Of a DNA stretch of 64,000 bases, positions 22,472-31,670 are shown in pieces. The stretch is from the NCBI RefSeq assembly GCF_003790525.1, contig NZ_CP033635.1; one strand, written 5' to 3'. The position numbers and the translations under genes are program-made. The DNA comes from Escherichia coli. GTDB lineage: Bacteria > Pseudomonadota > Gammaproteobacteria > Enterobacterales > Enterobacteriaceae. Below the pieces are notes generated by a model, which had not been told where the DNA came from, did no database searches, and was given only the letters and a program-made list of their open reading frames with translations. Position 1 is the stretch's first letter, and the number at the start of each line of letters is the position of its first letter.

Positions 22472-23372
22472 CCGAGCCTCCGGTCACGACGCTGTATTCG
22501 GTACAGAAAGACGCCTGCGTATTGTTGAGCACGATGTCGGCCAGCGGTGCAGCCAGTTCGACACGCTGCACGCCTTCCACATGCAAAGCGGCATAAATGG
22601 CAGACAGACGGATGTCGCGCCCCAGCCGGTGCTGTGCCGTGATGTATGCTTCCAGTTTTTTCACGGCGGCCGCGCGGATGGGTTCACTTTCGGGACCAGG
22701 GTAAAGGTAAAGCGTGGCGTTTATCTGGTATTCAACAATGGCGGCAGACTGCACGGTCACGCGGTCGGCCACCGGTCTGACGTCCTCGCCATTCAGGGCG
22801 TTACGCACCACCGCCAGCAGGTCTTTGGATGCGACACCGTTATTCTCACGTGACAGCACAGAGATGGTGACGCAGGCCGGAGACGGACTGGTGACAGAGA
22901 TATCCGCGACACGCCCGTCAGCACTGCGACCATGATACTGATAGGCACCCACCGACCCGGCGACGCTTAAACCTTCAAACGCCTGCTGAATACGCAGACG
23001 ATAATCGGTATCAGATTCCATCACTGCCGGTGTCGGCGGGATGGTCGAATCATCTGCCGGGGTGATAGTCAGACGCGTGGTGTTGTAATTGGCACCAATC
23101 ACATCAAGGTCATTACCGGCGGCACAGGCCAGCATCACCGCCCGTGCGGCCTCATTCACACGCTGACGCCAGATAAGCTCACGATAAGCATTTTCTTCCA
23201 GCAGTTTGACGAGAGGCTCAGATTCCAGTGTCAGGGTACGGGCGACCGCCTCCTGCTGGTCTTCCGGGTAAAGGGAAATCAGTGTCGCCTTGCGTTCGGC
23301 GAGAATGGTTTCAAAGTCCAGCTCCTCGACCACATCCGGTGCGGGTAGCTGGTTCAGGTCGATAATCGGCAT
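22464..23372 (-). CDS. J: Baseplate protein J
   Basis: 302 aa, P2 gpJ length and position. Confidence 0.85.
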   Translation of the reverse strand: MPIIDLNQLPAPDVVEELDFETILAERKATLISLYPEDQQEAVARTLTLESEPLVKLLEENAYRELIWRQRVNEAARAVMLACAAGNDLDVIGANYNTTRLTITPADDSTIPPTPAVMESDTDYRLRIQQAFEGLSVAGSVGAYQYHGRSADGRVADISVTSPSPACVTISVLSRENNGVASKDLLAVVRNALNGEDVRPVADRVTVQSAAIVEYQINATLYLYPGPESEPIRAAAVKKLEAYITAQHRLGRDIRLSAIYAALHVEGVQRVELAAPLADIVLNNTQASFCTEYSVVTGGSDE

Positions 23373-23376
23373 GGTT

Positions 23377-23724
23377 TCAACTCACAGGGATGGTTAACGA
23401 AAGTGGCTGGCCGGTGTCGTTGTGCTGACCGGTTAACGTGACCGTCATTCGCCCGTCAAAACTGCGCGCCGTGGTGACGGATGACAGGGTGACGCGGGGT
23501 TCCCATTTCAGCACTGCCATGTAACAGGCGACCTTAATCTGCAACTCAAGCGCCGGGGTCTGCGGCTGGTCAATCATTGACGCCAGCAACGAGCCGTAAT
23601 CACGACGCATCACCCGTGAGCCGACGGGGGTACGCAGGATATCGCCGATACTCTGGCTGATATGCTCAAGGTCAGTGACAGTCAGGCCATCACTGCGATT
23701 CATTCCGAGATAACGCGCAGTCAT
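23377..23724 (-). CDS. W: Baseplate protein W
   Basis: 115 aa, P2 gpW length and position. Confidence 0.85.
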   Translation of the reverse strand: MTARYLGMNRSDGLTVTDLEHISQSIGDILRTPVGSRVMRRDYGSLLASMIDQPQTPALELQIKVACYMAVLKWEPRVTLSSVTTARSFDGRMTVTLTGQHNDTGQPLSLTIPVS

Positions 23725-24356
23725 AGAGGTCCCCCGGTTGTGCCGCCGCTGTCGCCGGGGTGTTTATGGGTATGCAGTACCTTACCGTTTGATGAGAGCT
23801 CACCGCCGGTGTGTTCAATGTTGCCGCGCATCGTCCCGCCCTTCTGCACTTCCAGCGTGCCGGTAATCAGCCTGTTGGTGCAGACCACCTCCGGTGTGTC
23901 CAGGGTGATGCGGGTTGATGCTTTCACCATGACCACCGGCACCGTGGCAGTAACAGAATCAGAAGCCGTCACGCTGGCCGTTTTAACTCCGCTTACCGTG
24001 AGCGCGCTGGTTTCAGGTTCATACTCAATCACCGCCCCGTCAGGGAAACGGATATGCAGGGCATCCGCCGACGCAGACGGCGCGGGGTTATCGCCGGAAT
24101 AAATCCCCGGCAGAACGAACGCCGTGTCGAGTTCACCACCCACGGCCAGAATCAGCACCTGTTCCCCCACGGAAGGTGCCCACCATGTGCGCGAACGCCC
24201 GGCGCGATGGGTCAGCCACTGAAGCCAGTCGGTGCACATGCCGCCGGTCTGCACACGGCAGCGACCGGCATTAAGGTCGGTTTCGACGATAATGCCGGTG
24301 CGGATCATGTTGCGCAGTGCGCGCGCGAGTTCCTGAATATTTGCGAGAGTGTTCAT
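23721..24356 (-). CDS. V: Baseplate spike protein V
   Basis: 211 aa from MNTLANIQELARALRNMIRTGIIVETDLNAGRCRV...; P2 gpV length. Confidence 0.85.
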   Translation of the reverse strand: MNTLANIQELARALRNMIRTGIIVETDLNAGRCRVQTGGMCTDWLQWLTHRAGRSRTWWAPSVGEQVLILAVGGELDTAFVLPGIYSGDNPAPSASADALHIRFPDGAVIEYEPETSALTVSGVKTASVTASDSVTATVPVVMVKASTRITLDTPEVVCTNRLITGTLEVQKGGTMRGNIEHTGGELSSNGKVLHTHKHPGDSGGTTGGPL

Positions 24357-24439
24357 GCGTGTGAGATTGCACAATATATAAAAGTTATGCTATCTGGATT
24401 CATTTGTAGAACGACCATACAACATTCGAGGAGAGCGTA

Positions 24440-25225
24440 ATGTTCAGTGATAATGTGACTAATGCGTGGTGGTTTATCTCTTTGTATCTATTTTTATTAA
24501 TAGCATTAACATTTGTTACCTTTGGTAAAAGTAATCTTATGAGGTTTATTGCACATCATTTCAATCTTGAGTATTCAGACAGAAAGTTAAAAATGCTCGA
24601 CAAAAAATGGCGCGACATTCAACTATTTAAAATAATTAACGGAATCAATGTATCAGGCATCGAAGATGTGAGAATGATACAGCAGGGGCTGATTGATGGA
24701 AAACTAAAAACATCGTATTTTTTCCTTACTCGCTTCTGGGGTGACATAACAAAACCACCACACATAATTAAAACAACAATTGTAATTCTGGCCAGTATTA
24801 TTTATATTCTCTTCGCATGTTATATACACAATGAACAATCCGCTATAGTAAGGGATGCCATAGGTATACCATATAAAAATATGATGTACTATGTTTATAG
24901 TGACAAAGTTCTTTTATCCTTCAAAAATAAAACGGTTGAATTTAATAAAACTTATAGCCTTGCCGATTGCAAGAGTCTGCAAAACGTATTTATAAAAGAC
25001 ACACTTCCCGAGATCGCCTGCAATAAGCTCTTACAGCTAAACAAGGAGGACTCCGAATGGTTAAGTCAGGAGATTAAAGATAATAACAGCCACAGAAAAA
25101 CATTATTAATAATATCCCTAACCTATTTCATTTCAGGTCTGCTTATATTCCTGTCATATACAAAATTCCTTTACGCCAATAAGAAGGTTTTAGAATACAA
25201 AGCATCAAATAAAAACCACTCATAA
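24440..25225 (+). CDS. Hypothetical membrane protein at the orf30 position, opposite strand to the tail genes
   Basis: 261 aa, very AT-rich, about three predicted TM helices (WWFISLYLFLLIALTFVTF; TIVILASIIYILFACYI; LLIISLTYFISGLLIFLSY). Confidence 0.6.
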   Translation: MFSDNVTNAWWFISLYLFLLIALTFVTFGKSNLMRFIAHHFNLEYSDRKLKMLDKKWRDIQLFKIINGINVSGIEDVRMIQQGLIDGKLKTSYFFLTRFWGDITKPPHIIKTTIVILASIIYILFACYIHNEQSAIVRDAIGIPYKNMMYYVYSDKVLLSFKNKTVEFNKTYSLADCKSLQNVFIKDTLPEIACNKLLQLNKEDSEWLSQEIKDNNSHRKTLLIISLTYFISGLLIFLSYTKFLYANKKVLEYKASNKNHS

Positions 25226-25296
25226 ACCTCTAAATATTGAGCGACCAGCACGGCCGCTCAATGCTTAATTGCGCATCAGCCTCTGCCTTGATAAAA

Positions 25297-25749
25297 CTAA
25301 CGCTCAAGGTGAGCCAGGATAATCTCTTCAATCATCTGCACATCCTCACCGGTAAAGCCGAGCAGAGGACGCGCCGGATAATCAATTTTCTTACCGTCTT
25401 TCCGGTTTTCTTCCGACAGACCGAACTGATGCACACTGGCGATTTTCGGTGACTTCCCGCCGTAAAACTCCATTGATGCCTGTTCCGGGCTGGCGCGGAT
25501 ATGCAAAAAACGACTGGTGATAAGTTTCGCAAACATTTTTCGCTTAACACGACCGGTCTTTTTTCTGGCGCTCTGCTGCTGGCGTGGCGCGTAGGGTGTG
25601 CCGTCCGGAGCTTTCTGTGCCATCACCCGACGCTGCTGACTCTGCCGCAGGCGTTTCGCCAGTTCGGCACTCAGTCGCCGACGCCCTGACGGTGACAGCG
25701 ATTCAATCAGTCCGGTCAGCCGGTCTTCAAAACGCTTAAACTCATTCAT
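25297..25749 (-). CDS. S: Tail completion protein S
   Basis: 150 aa, P2 gpS length and position. Confidence 0.85.
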   Translation of the reverse strand: MNEFKRFEDRLTGLIESLSPSGRRRLSAELAKRLRQSQQRRVMAQKAPDGTPYAPRQQQSARKKTGRVKRKMFAKLITSRFLHIRASPEQASMEFYGGKSPKIASVHQFGLSEENRKDGKKIDYPARPLLGFTGEDVQMIEEIILAHLER

Positions 25750-26209
25750 CCCACTTGCTCACCAGTTCGCCATTGATATACAGCTCCATCGGGCGGGTGA
25801 CCGGCTCCGGCGGCGGAGGTTCCGGGATATTCTTCACATGCAGCGCGCCGTCCACCTCACTGACCAGCGTGCGCTCGGTCAGCATCAGGCTGATACTGAT
25901 ATCAAAGCTGCTGTCATTGTTGATGTCCGCATAAAACGTGAAGCCCTTTTTCTGGCCTGCGTCGGTGGTCATGATGTCGGGCTGATTTTCCCGCAGCCAC
26001 GCCAGCACCGGCACGATGAGCAGGTCAAAATCACCGGTAAAGTCGGTCACAATGACATTGAGCGTGTAACGCTTTTCAAATGACAGCGACCTCGCCAGTG
26101 TGGAGGCAATACTCCCGTTATCCACGAATATCCGCAGCATCTCGGGACTGGTTTTCAGCACCGTGACAGCATCAGTCAGCGCCCTGCGCAGGCTGTCGGG
26201 TTTGAGCAT
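25742..26209 (-). CDS. R: Tail completion protein R
   Basis: 155 aa, P2 gpR length and position. Confidence 0.85.
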   Translation of the reverse strand: MLKPDSLRRALTDAVTVLKTSPEMLRIFVDNGSIASTLARSLSFEKRYTLNVIVTDFTGDFDLLIVPVLAWLRENQPDIMTTDAGQKKGFTFYADINNDSSFDISISLMLTERTLVSEVDGALHVKNIPEPPPPEPVTRPMELYINGELVSKWDE

Positions 26210-26462
26210 CGTTTTCGTCCTGACAGTGTTTAATCATTTTTACCTGGCTGGCACAGCGTGCCAGCGCGTTCTCAAGCTGCCGGATATCAGCACTTAAATC
26301 GCCGTTCGTCTCCGGGTCACTGCCCGGCATCGGGCAAAGGCTCACTTTCGGGCAGGCGTTGTGGACAATCACTGGCGTCGGCGCAGGCCGGGCGCTGGTG
26401 CAACCGGCGCACAGCATCAGGCAGGTCAGCGCCGTACCAGCGGCGAAAATCTTCGTTTTCAT
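26172..26462 (-). CDS. lysC: LysC, Rz1-like outer-membrane lipoprotein spanin, nested out of frame in lysB
   Basis: 96 aa from MKTKIFAAGTALTCLMLCAGCTSARPAPTP...; lipobox LCAGC; embedded in the lysB 3' region. Confidence 0.7.
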   Translation of the reverse strand: MKTKIFAAGTALTCLMLCAGCTSARPAPTPVIVHNACPKVSLCPMPGSDPETNGDLSADIRQLENALARCASQVKMIKHCQDENDAQTRQPAQGAD

Positions 26463-26742
26463 TAAGTAACCTCGTGATGGTTTTCTCGCGCTGTGCTTCA
26501 CGCTTCGCGGCGTTCTCCAGCTCCTGACGCAGTGCCACCTGCGCCAGCTCGTTTTTGTCTGCCCTGGTAAGGGCAACATGAAGCTGATTTTTCAGCATGG
26601 TGATGGTCGTCTGCTGTTCACTGGCGACGTTGTTCGCCCTGTCCAGCGAGGCGCGCAGGCTGGCATTTTTGTGTTTCACCAGAAACAGACCGGCCACCGC
26701 CAGTGATAACAACACGACCAGCACAATCATCAGCTTTGACAT
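26317..26742 (-). CDS. lysB: LysB, Rz-like inner-membrane spanin
   Basis: 141 aa, N-terminal TM helix then coiled-coil periplasmic domain. Confidence 0.8.
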   Translation of the reverse strand: MSKLMIVLVVLLSLAVAGLFLVKHKNASLRASLDRANNVASEQQTTITMLKNQLHVALTRADKNELAQVALRQELENAAKREAQREKTITRLLNENEDFRRWYGADLPDAVRRLHQRPACADASDCPQRLPESEPLPDAGQ

Positions 26743-27155
26743 GGTTCCCGCCCCTCAAAACGCTGACAGCAGGCCGTACGTATCAGCCGGAAGAACACCG
26801 ATGCCACGAGATAAATCAGCGCGGTAAAAATCCACCCGGCAGCGACCAGCGAGATAAACGTCGCCACCATCACTACCAGAGCCACTGACCGCCTGCGCCA
26901 CGGCACCGGCTGCAAAAACAGCGCCGTGACAATCTTCACGGCCAGCGATTCCGGCGGCAGCTCCCGCCCGTAGCGTTCCAGTACATACTCAGTGGCATAC
27001 ACGCCGACACCACCGGCAACCACACAGATAACCGTCGCCAGAATCGCCCAGGCGGCGACAAAACTGACGGCCACGCTCTGCGGGTAAATCAGGGACAGTG
27101 CCAGCATCAGCGCCAGCGACACGTTCAGCATCAGTGAAAGGGATAATTTCTTCAT
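26730..27155 (-). CDS. lysA: LysA, membrane protein of the lysis cassette
   Basis: 141 aa with four hydrophobic segments; P2 LysA length. Confidence 0.8.
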   Translation of the reverse strand: MKKLSLSLMLNVSLALMLALSLIYPQSVAVSFVAAWAILATVICVVAGGVGVYATEYVLERYGRELPPESLAVKIVTALFLQPVPWRRRSVALVVMVATFISLVAAGWIFTALIYLVASVFFRLIRTACCQRFEGREPCQS

Positions 27156-27169
27156 GGTGTTTACTCCGT

Positions 27170-27667
27170 TTAAGCCAGTACGCCGCCAGCGGTACGCCAG
27201 ACGGTGAACAGTTTTTCCAGTGAATGCTCACGCTGACCGTAACCGGCACCCGGCAGGGACGCCCAGATATTGCGACAGCGTGAAATGGCGCGCTCAATGC
27301 GTCCCGCCCGGATGTCATCCAGTGCACCGCGTTCGCGGATCAACTGAATGGCGAGTCTGTCCTGTGACAACGGACTGAAATCAGGCAGGGCAAGCTGTTT
27401 GCGGTAGTGCGGCCAGAACAGGTAAAGCTGCTGATAGCGACCGGAGGCCGTGGATTTTTCACCGCGACGGTTAAACACCTTCGCCGGTCGGCCATGCGCG
27501 AACGGGTGGTCACTGTAGTCGGTGAAAATTTCCGGCTTCCCGTCCAGTCCGGTGACTATCACGTCATAGCCCCGGTTTTTCGTCAGCGGATGATTCGCCG
27601 TCCCTTCGGACACGGCCAGCATGTCGAGAAAGGCGGCGATATTCTGGTGCGTGTTAATTACCGGCAT
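27170..27667 (-). CDS. K: Endolysin (lysozyme-like)
   Basis: 165 aa, MPVINTHQNIAAFLDMLAVSEGTANHPLTKNRGYDVIVTG...; P2 gpK length. Confidence 0.85.
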   Translation of the reverse strand: MPVINTHQNIAAFLDMLAVSEGTANHPLTKNRGYDVIVTGLDGKPEIFTDYSDHPFAHGRPAKVFNRRGEKSTASGRYQQLYLFWPHYRKQLALPDFSPLSQDRLAIQLIRERGALDDIRAGRIERAISRCRNIWASLPGAGYGQREHSLEKLFTVWRTAGGVLA

Positions 27668-27948
27668 TACGGTTTCCCCCTGCCCTTAAAGCGGCGCTGA
27701 ATGGCAATCTCAATCACCTGATAACCGGCGATACCCAGCATGGAGCCGATGCCGCAAACCGCAGGCAGTGACAGGTCAGGAAACTGCACCAGAACAACAC
27801 CGGCAACCATCGAGACAAAACCACCGAGCAACATGCGCCCGATAAACAGACGCGGGGTGATGGGTTCACCACCGGTAAGCACCTTGCCGACAACAATCAG
27901 CACCCCAATCATGAAAAGCGACAGGACGCTTTTTTCTTCTGCTGTCAT
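27667..27948 (-). CDS. Y: Holin
   Basis: 93 aa with TM helices; P2 gpY length and position. Confidence 0.85.
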   Translation of the reverse strand: MTAEEKSVLSLFMIGVLIVVGKVLTGGEPITPRLFIGRMLLGGFVSMVAGVVLVQFPDLSLPAVCGIGSMLGIAGYQVIEIAIQRRFKGRGKP

Positions 27949-27951
27949 GCG

Positions 27952-28155
27952 TTACTCCCACAGATTGACAGTTTCAGCCACGGGCGCGGTCTGAACGTCG
28001 GGCAGTTCGACGGCGGTGCCATGTGGCAGCACCGCACCCAGTTCAGCCAGTCCCGGATTTGCGACGAGCACGGTCTCAACCACGCCCTCAGTGCGCCCGT
28101 AATACCGGACACAAATGGCGTCGAGCGTGTCGCCCTGTAGCGCAAAGGTCTTCAT
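27952..28155 (-). CDS. X: Tail protein X
   Basis: 67 aa from MKTFALQGDTLDAICVRYYGRTEGVVETVL...; P2 gpX length. Confidence 0.85.
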   Translation of the reverse strand: MKTFALQGDTLDAICVRYYGRTEGVVETVLVANPGLAELGAVLPHGTAVELPDVQTAPVAETVNLWE

Positions 28156-28664
28156 CAGATTTGACTCACGATGCAGCGCGGCTTGTCCTGGATACGCGCC
28201 ACCGCCCAGCGCATATCCCGCCACAGTTCATCAATGGTGCTGTCAATGCTGTCAGCCTTCTTGTCACCTTTCGCACTGGCATCCACGCCGCGATAACGCT
28301 CATAAAGCGACGCGGTCGCCATCGCACACACGGCGCGCTCGTAGTAAAAAACTTTGATGCTTTCACCGTCGATGTCGTCCGCCGGGACGTCCGCCAGACG
28401 CGTAAAACCGGCGGCAATTTTCTGTTCGCGGTACTCGTACAGCTCCGCATTCGTCTCCGCCATGCCTGACTTGATGGCCTCACGCAGACGGGCGGGGGCG
28501 ACGGTCTGCTCAAGGCGCATACGTTCCCGGACGCGCTTCGGGTCGATATCGGGAAAAAAGAACGTGTTTTTAATCACCGGCTCGTCGCCTGCCGGTTGCG
28601 GGATGACCACCGTACCCTCACCGGACACGGGAGCCTCCTTTCGCGGAATAATCAGCGTCATCAT
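28155..28664 (-). CDS. L: Capsid completion protein L
   Basis: 169 aa from MMTLIIPRKEAPVSGEGTVV...; P2 gpL length. Confidence 0.8.
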   Translation of the reverse strand: MMTLIIPRKEAPVSGEGTVVIPQPAGDEPVIKNTFFFPDIDPKRVRERMRLEQTVAPARLREAIKSGMAETNAELYEYREQKIAAGFTRLADVPADDIDGESIKVFYYERAVCAMATASLYERYRGVDASAKGDKKADSIDSTIDELWRDMRWAVARIQDKPRCIVSQI

Positions 28665-28763
28665 GACTACCTCTGAAAAGTCGGGCGGTGGACGCCGGTG
28701 CAATGTCAGGTAATTCACCCTCACTGACCGGCGTGCCGCCCTGGCGCGGGGCGCATTCGGTTG

Positions 28764-29507
28764 TTAACTGGCTTTCTTTTTCGGGCGTCCACGTTTTGCC
28801 GGTGTCACGCTCCGGGTCTTACGCGGGGTACGGGTGGCCGCTTTTGGCTGCGGCTCCGGCTTCGGTTTCAGCTCCCGCTCCAGTCGTTCAATCTCTTTTT
28901 TGACGCCTGCCTGACAGTCGAGCTGTGTCGCACGTTGCAGGTGAGCCAGCGCACCGGCGGCATCACCAGCGTCACGCAGAAACAGACCGGTGATTTTGTG
29001 CAGCTTTGCGCGCACTTCATCAGGCATGTCAGCCGTGGCGGTCAGTTCAATGGTCTCCGTCAGCAGGCGGGTATCCACAGACTCACCGGCAGCGTGAGCA
29101 CGCATGGCCGCGAGCGCCACCTCCTCGGTGAACATGTACGGCGGGGGGCGGCGGTGTTTACCCGGCATGGTCAGACCGTACTTCAGGGCATAACGGGCAA
29201 TCTCCAGCGCACCGGCAATATCGCCGGTATCCAGACGCCACAGCATGACCGTCATCAGAATGTCATCCTGTGCACCTTTGCCCTGCTCCAGCACGCCGTT
29301 CACCCACGGCAACCAGAACGGCAGCAGTTCGCGTTTTTTCGCGGCCTTCAGCTCTTTTGAATAAATCGCTTTCAGTGTGCGCTGGTCTGCGGCCAGCTTG
29401 ACCAGCATCTGCTCATAGACAGTTGCATGTCGCAGCGGGGCGGCTTCCCGCTGCGCGGTCATCGCTGCCGAGACCCGCATCATGTGGCGCTGTGCGGGAC
29501 TCGTCAT
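28764..29507 (-). CDS. M: Terminase small (endonuclease) subunit M
   Basis: 247 aa, P2 gpM length and position. Confidence 0.85.
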   Translation of the reverse strand: MTSPAQRHMMRVSAAMTAQREAAPLRHATVYEQMLVKLAADQRTLKAIYSKELKAAKKRELLPFWLPWVNGVLEQGKGAQDDILMTVMLWRLDTGDIAGALEIARYALKYGLTMPGKHRRPPPYMFTEEVALAAMRAHAAGESVDTRLLTETIELTATADMPDEVRAKLHKITGLFLRDAGDAAGALAHLQRATQLDCQAGVKKEIERLERELKPKPEPQPKAATRTPRKTRSVTPAKRGRPKKKAS

Positions 29508-29510
29508 CGG

Positions 29511-30584
29511 TCACGCTCCCGGCTCTGCGGTCGCCCTGGCCGGTGTGGAGAAATCACCGACCTTAATTTTTTCCACCAGACAACCGGCGGCGTAGTCTTC
29601 CACCACGTAATCAATGTTCATTGACTCGTAGTTCTCCACGCGGTCGAGTTTCGGGTTTTCCACAATCACGCGGCGATGGCTGTCATCCATGTAGTAGATG
29701 GACAGGTTTTCCAGCTTCGTGATGAGCATCGCATCCGCCGGGAAGTACGGGACGCGTACCGCTGGCAGGTTGCCGATGCGTTTCTGGCTGATGATGACGT
29801 CAGCGGCCAGCATTTCGCTGTTGTCCTGCTCCTTGTTGACGATGGGAAAATACTTGTCCGCCAGTAGCTGACGTCCCACAATCACCACAAGGTCAGGGTC
29901 TTCCTGATACCACGGCTCAATCAGGTTGTTGGTCGCATCCATCACCAGTGCATCAAGGCTGGCATAATCACCGCCCTTACCCACGCGGATGACCTCAGAG
30001 GTGGTGTGCCCTTCCTCGTCAGTGACCTTGCTCATCACGCGCGCCGGGGCTTCATTGCGGTATTTCTGCAGCCAGCCGACCGCCACATCCTGCAGCATCG
30101 GATTGCTGCTGCGGTCAGAGGTTTCGGCACGCTTCACGCCGTTAAAACCGGCCATGATGAAATCAAGGGACTGGCGTTTGATAATGGCGTTACGGACACG
30201 GAGCTGGAAATCCTGATAACGCGCCCACAGGTCCAGCGTTTTGTAGCGGATATAAAAATCGAAGTTAATCTGGTCGCATTCGTACTTGTTTGACGCCAGC
30301 TTCGAGAAGTCCTTCGGCTGACGCTCGGTGCCACCGGCGGTGTCGGTGGTGCTGGCGATGGAGCCGGTGACACCAATACCAATTTTTTCCCCTTTCATTT
30401 CGCTGACCGGCACAATGTTGATGCGGGTCAGAAAGTCAGAGGACTCCTGCATGGTGTTCATCAGGGTCTGGGTGACCGACGGTTCAACGGTGAATTTTTT
30501 CGACACATCACCGGCGTCGATGCCGTTCAGTTCGGCAACACGGGACAGGTAGGCATTAAATTTAAAGCGGGTTTCCTGGCGCAT
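29511..30584 (-). CDS. N: Major capsid protein N
   Basis: 357 aa, P2 gpN length and position. Confidence 0.9.
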   Translation of the reverse strand: MRQETRFKFNAYLSRVAELNGIDAGDVSKKFTVEPSVTQTLMNTMQESSDFLTRINIVPVSEMKGEKIGIGVTGSIASTTDTAGGTERQPKDFSKLASNKYECDQINFDFYIRYKTLDLWARYQDFQLRVRNAIIKRQSLDFIMAGFNGVKRAETSDRSSNPMLQDVAVGWLQKYRNEAPARVMSKVTDEEGHTTSEVIRVGKGGDYASLDALVMDATNNLIEPWYQEDPDLVVIVGRQLLADKYFPIVNKEQDNSEMLAADVIISQKRIGNLPAVRVPYFPADAMLITKLENLSIYYMDDSHRRVIVENPKLDRVENYESMNIDYVVEDYAAGCLVEKIKVGDFSTPARATAEPGA

Positions 30585-30642
30585 AGTTTTTCCTGAAATT
30601 AAGGGTTAATCGTGAAGGTTTTCCCGGACTGACTGACGCCGG

Positions 30643-31497
30643 TCAGCAGTTCGTCATCAGGGCGTCACCGCCACCGCCGGTGGCTTTGCTGCGGCGCTGC
30701 TGGGTCAGACTTTCGGTGTGGTCGAGACTGTTTTTCAGGCGGGTGAATGCCTGACTGGTTTCATCCGCCCTGTCAGTCACATCCTGCTTAAGTGCGGAAA
30801 AGGCGGTTTCCATCTCAGCAAGGCGCTGCTCAGTGGCGCTCAGTTTTTCCTGCACATGCTCAGCGACAGCGGTCACCGCTTCATGCACGTCATTCAGACG
30901 GGCGTCATCGCTGGCCTGTTTGCGGCCAAAAATGGATTTCACCTTTTCGGTCAGGGCGGTGAACACGGTTTCAGGCAGGTCTTCAAATTCCAGCTCAACG
31001 GGCGTTGCCACTGAAATCAGGTTTTCAGGGCTTAATTTGAAGCGGTTCAGGGGGTTGTGTTTTGCCGTGCGGCAGAATTCCAGATATTCCGTGCCGAGGC
31101 TTGCCGGGTCATCGGTGACGGCCAGACCCACCAGATAACATTTGCCGGTGTTGGCAAAGTTCGGCTGAATTTCCATTGAGGTGTAGACCTTCTGTGCGGC
31201 CTTGTTCATCGCGATAAGGTCATCGGTCGGGGTGATTTTCGCAAACAGCGCCCATTTGCCTTTCAGCGCCGAATCATCGTCAATCTTTTCGGCCTTCAGT
31301 TCGACCACATCGCCATAACGTTTAAAAATGCCGTCAGGCAGGATGCCTCGCAGATGTTCCAGGTTAATACGGCAACCATAGACACGCGGGTCAAAGGTTT
31401 CCGCCATTTCCTGAATATCCTGCGCACTGATGACACGCCCGTCACAGGTGTCACCCTCAACGCCGATACGAAAGAATTTTGAGACTTTTTTTGCCAT
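30643..31497 (-). CDS. O: Capsid scaffolding protein O
   Basis: 284 aa from MAKKVSKFFRIGVEGDTCDGRVISAQDIQEMAETF...; P2 gpO length. Confidence 0.85.
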   Translation of the reverse strand: MAKKVSKFFRIGVEGDTCDGRVISAQDIQEMAETFDPRVYGCRINLEHLRGILPDGIFKRYGDVVELKAEKIDDDSALKGKWALFAKITPTDDLIAMNKAAQKVYTSMEIQPNFANTGKCYLVGLAVTDDPASLGTEYLEFCRTAKHNPLNRFKLSPENLISVATPVELEFEDLPETVFTALTEKVKSIFGRKQASDDARLNDVHEAVTAVAEHVQEKLSATEQRLAEMETAFSALKQDVTDRADETSQAFTRLKNSLDHTESLTQQRRSKATGGGGDALMTNC

Positions 31498-31670
31498 TGT
31501 CAGGAGTCCTGAATAGTGATTAGAGGAGTCACATGTCGGCATCAGTTTCCCGACGATGCGCATCCTCCGCCATCAGTCCCGGATGGCTTATCACTGACAC
31601 AACAGCACCTTAGCGAATCGCGGGGCGCGACTCAGTAGCCTTGCCGTGTATTCATCACGGCGAGGTATTC

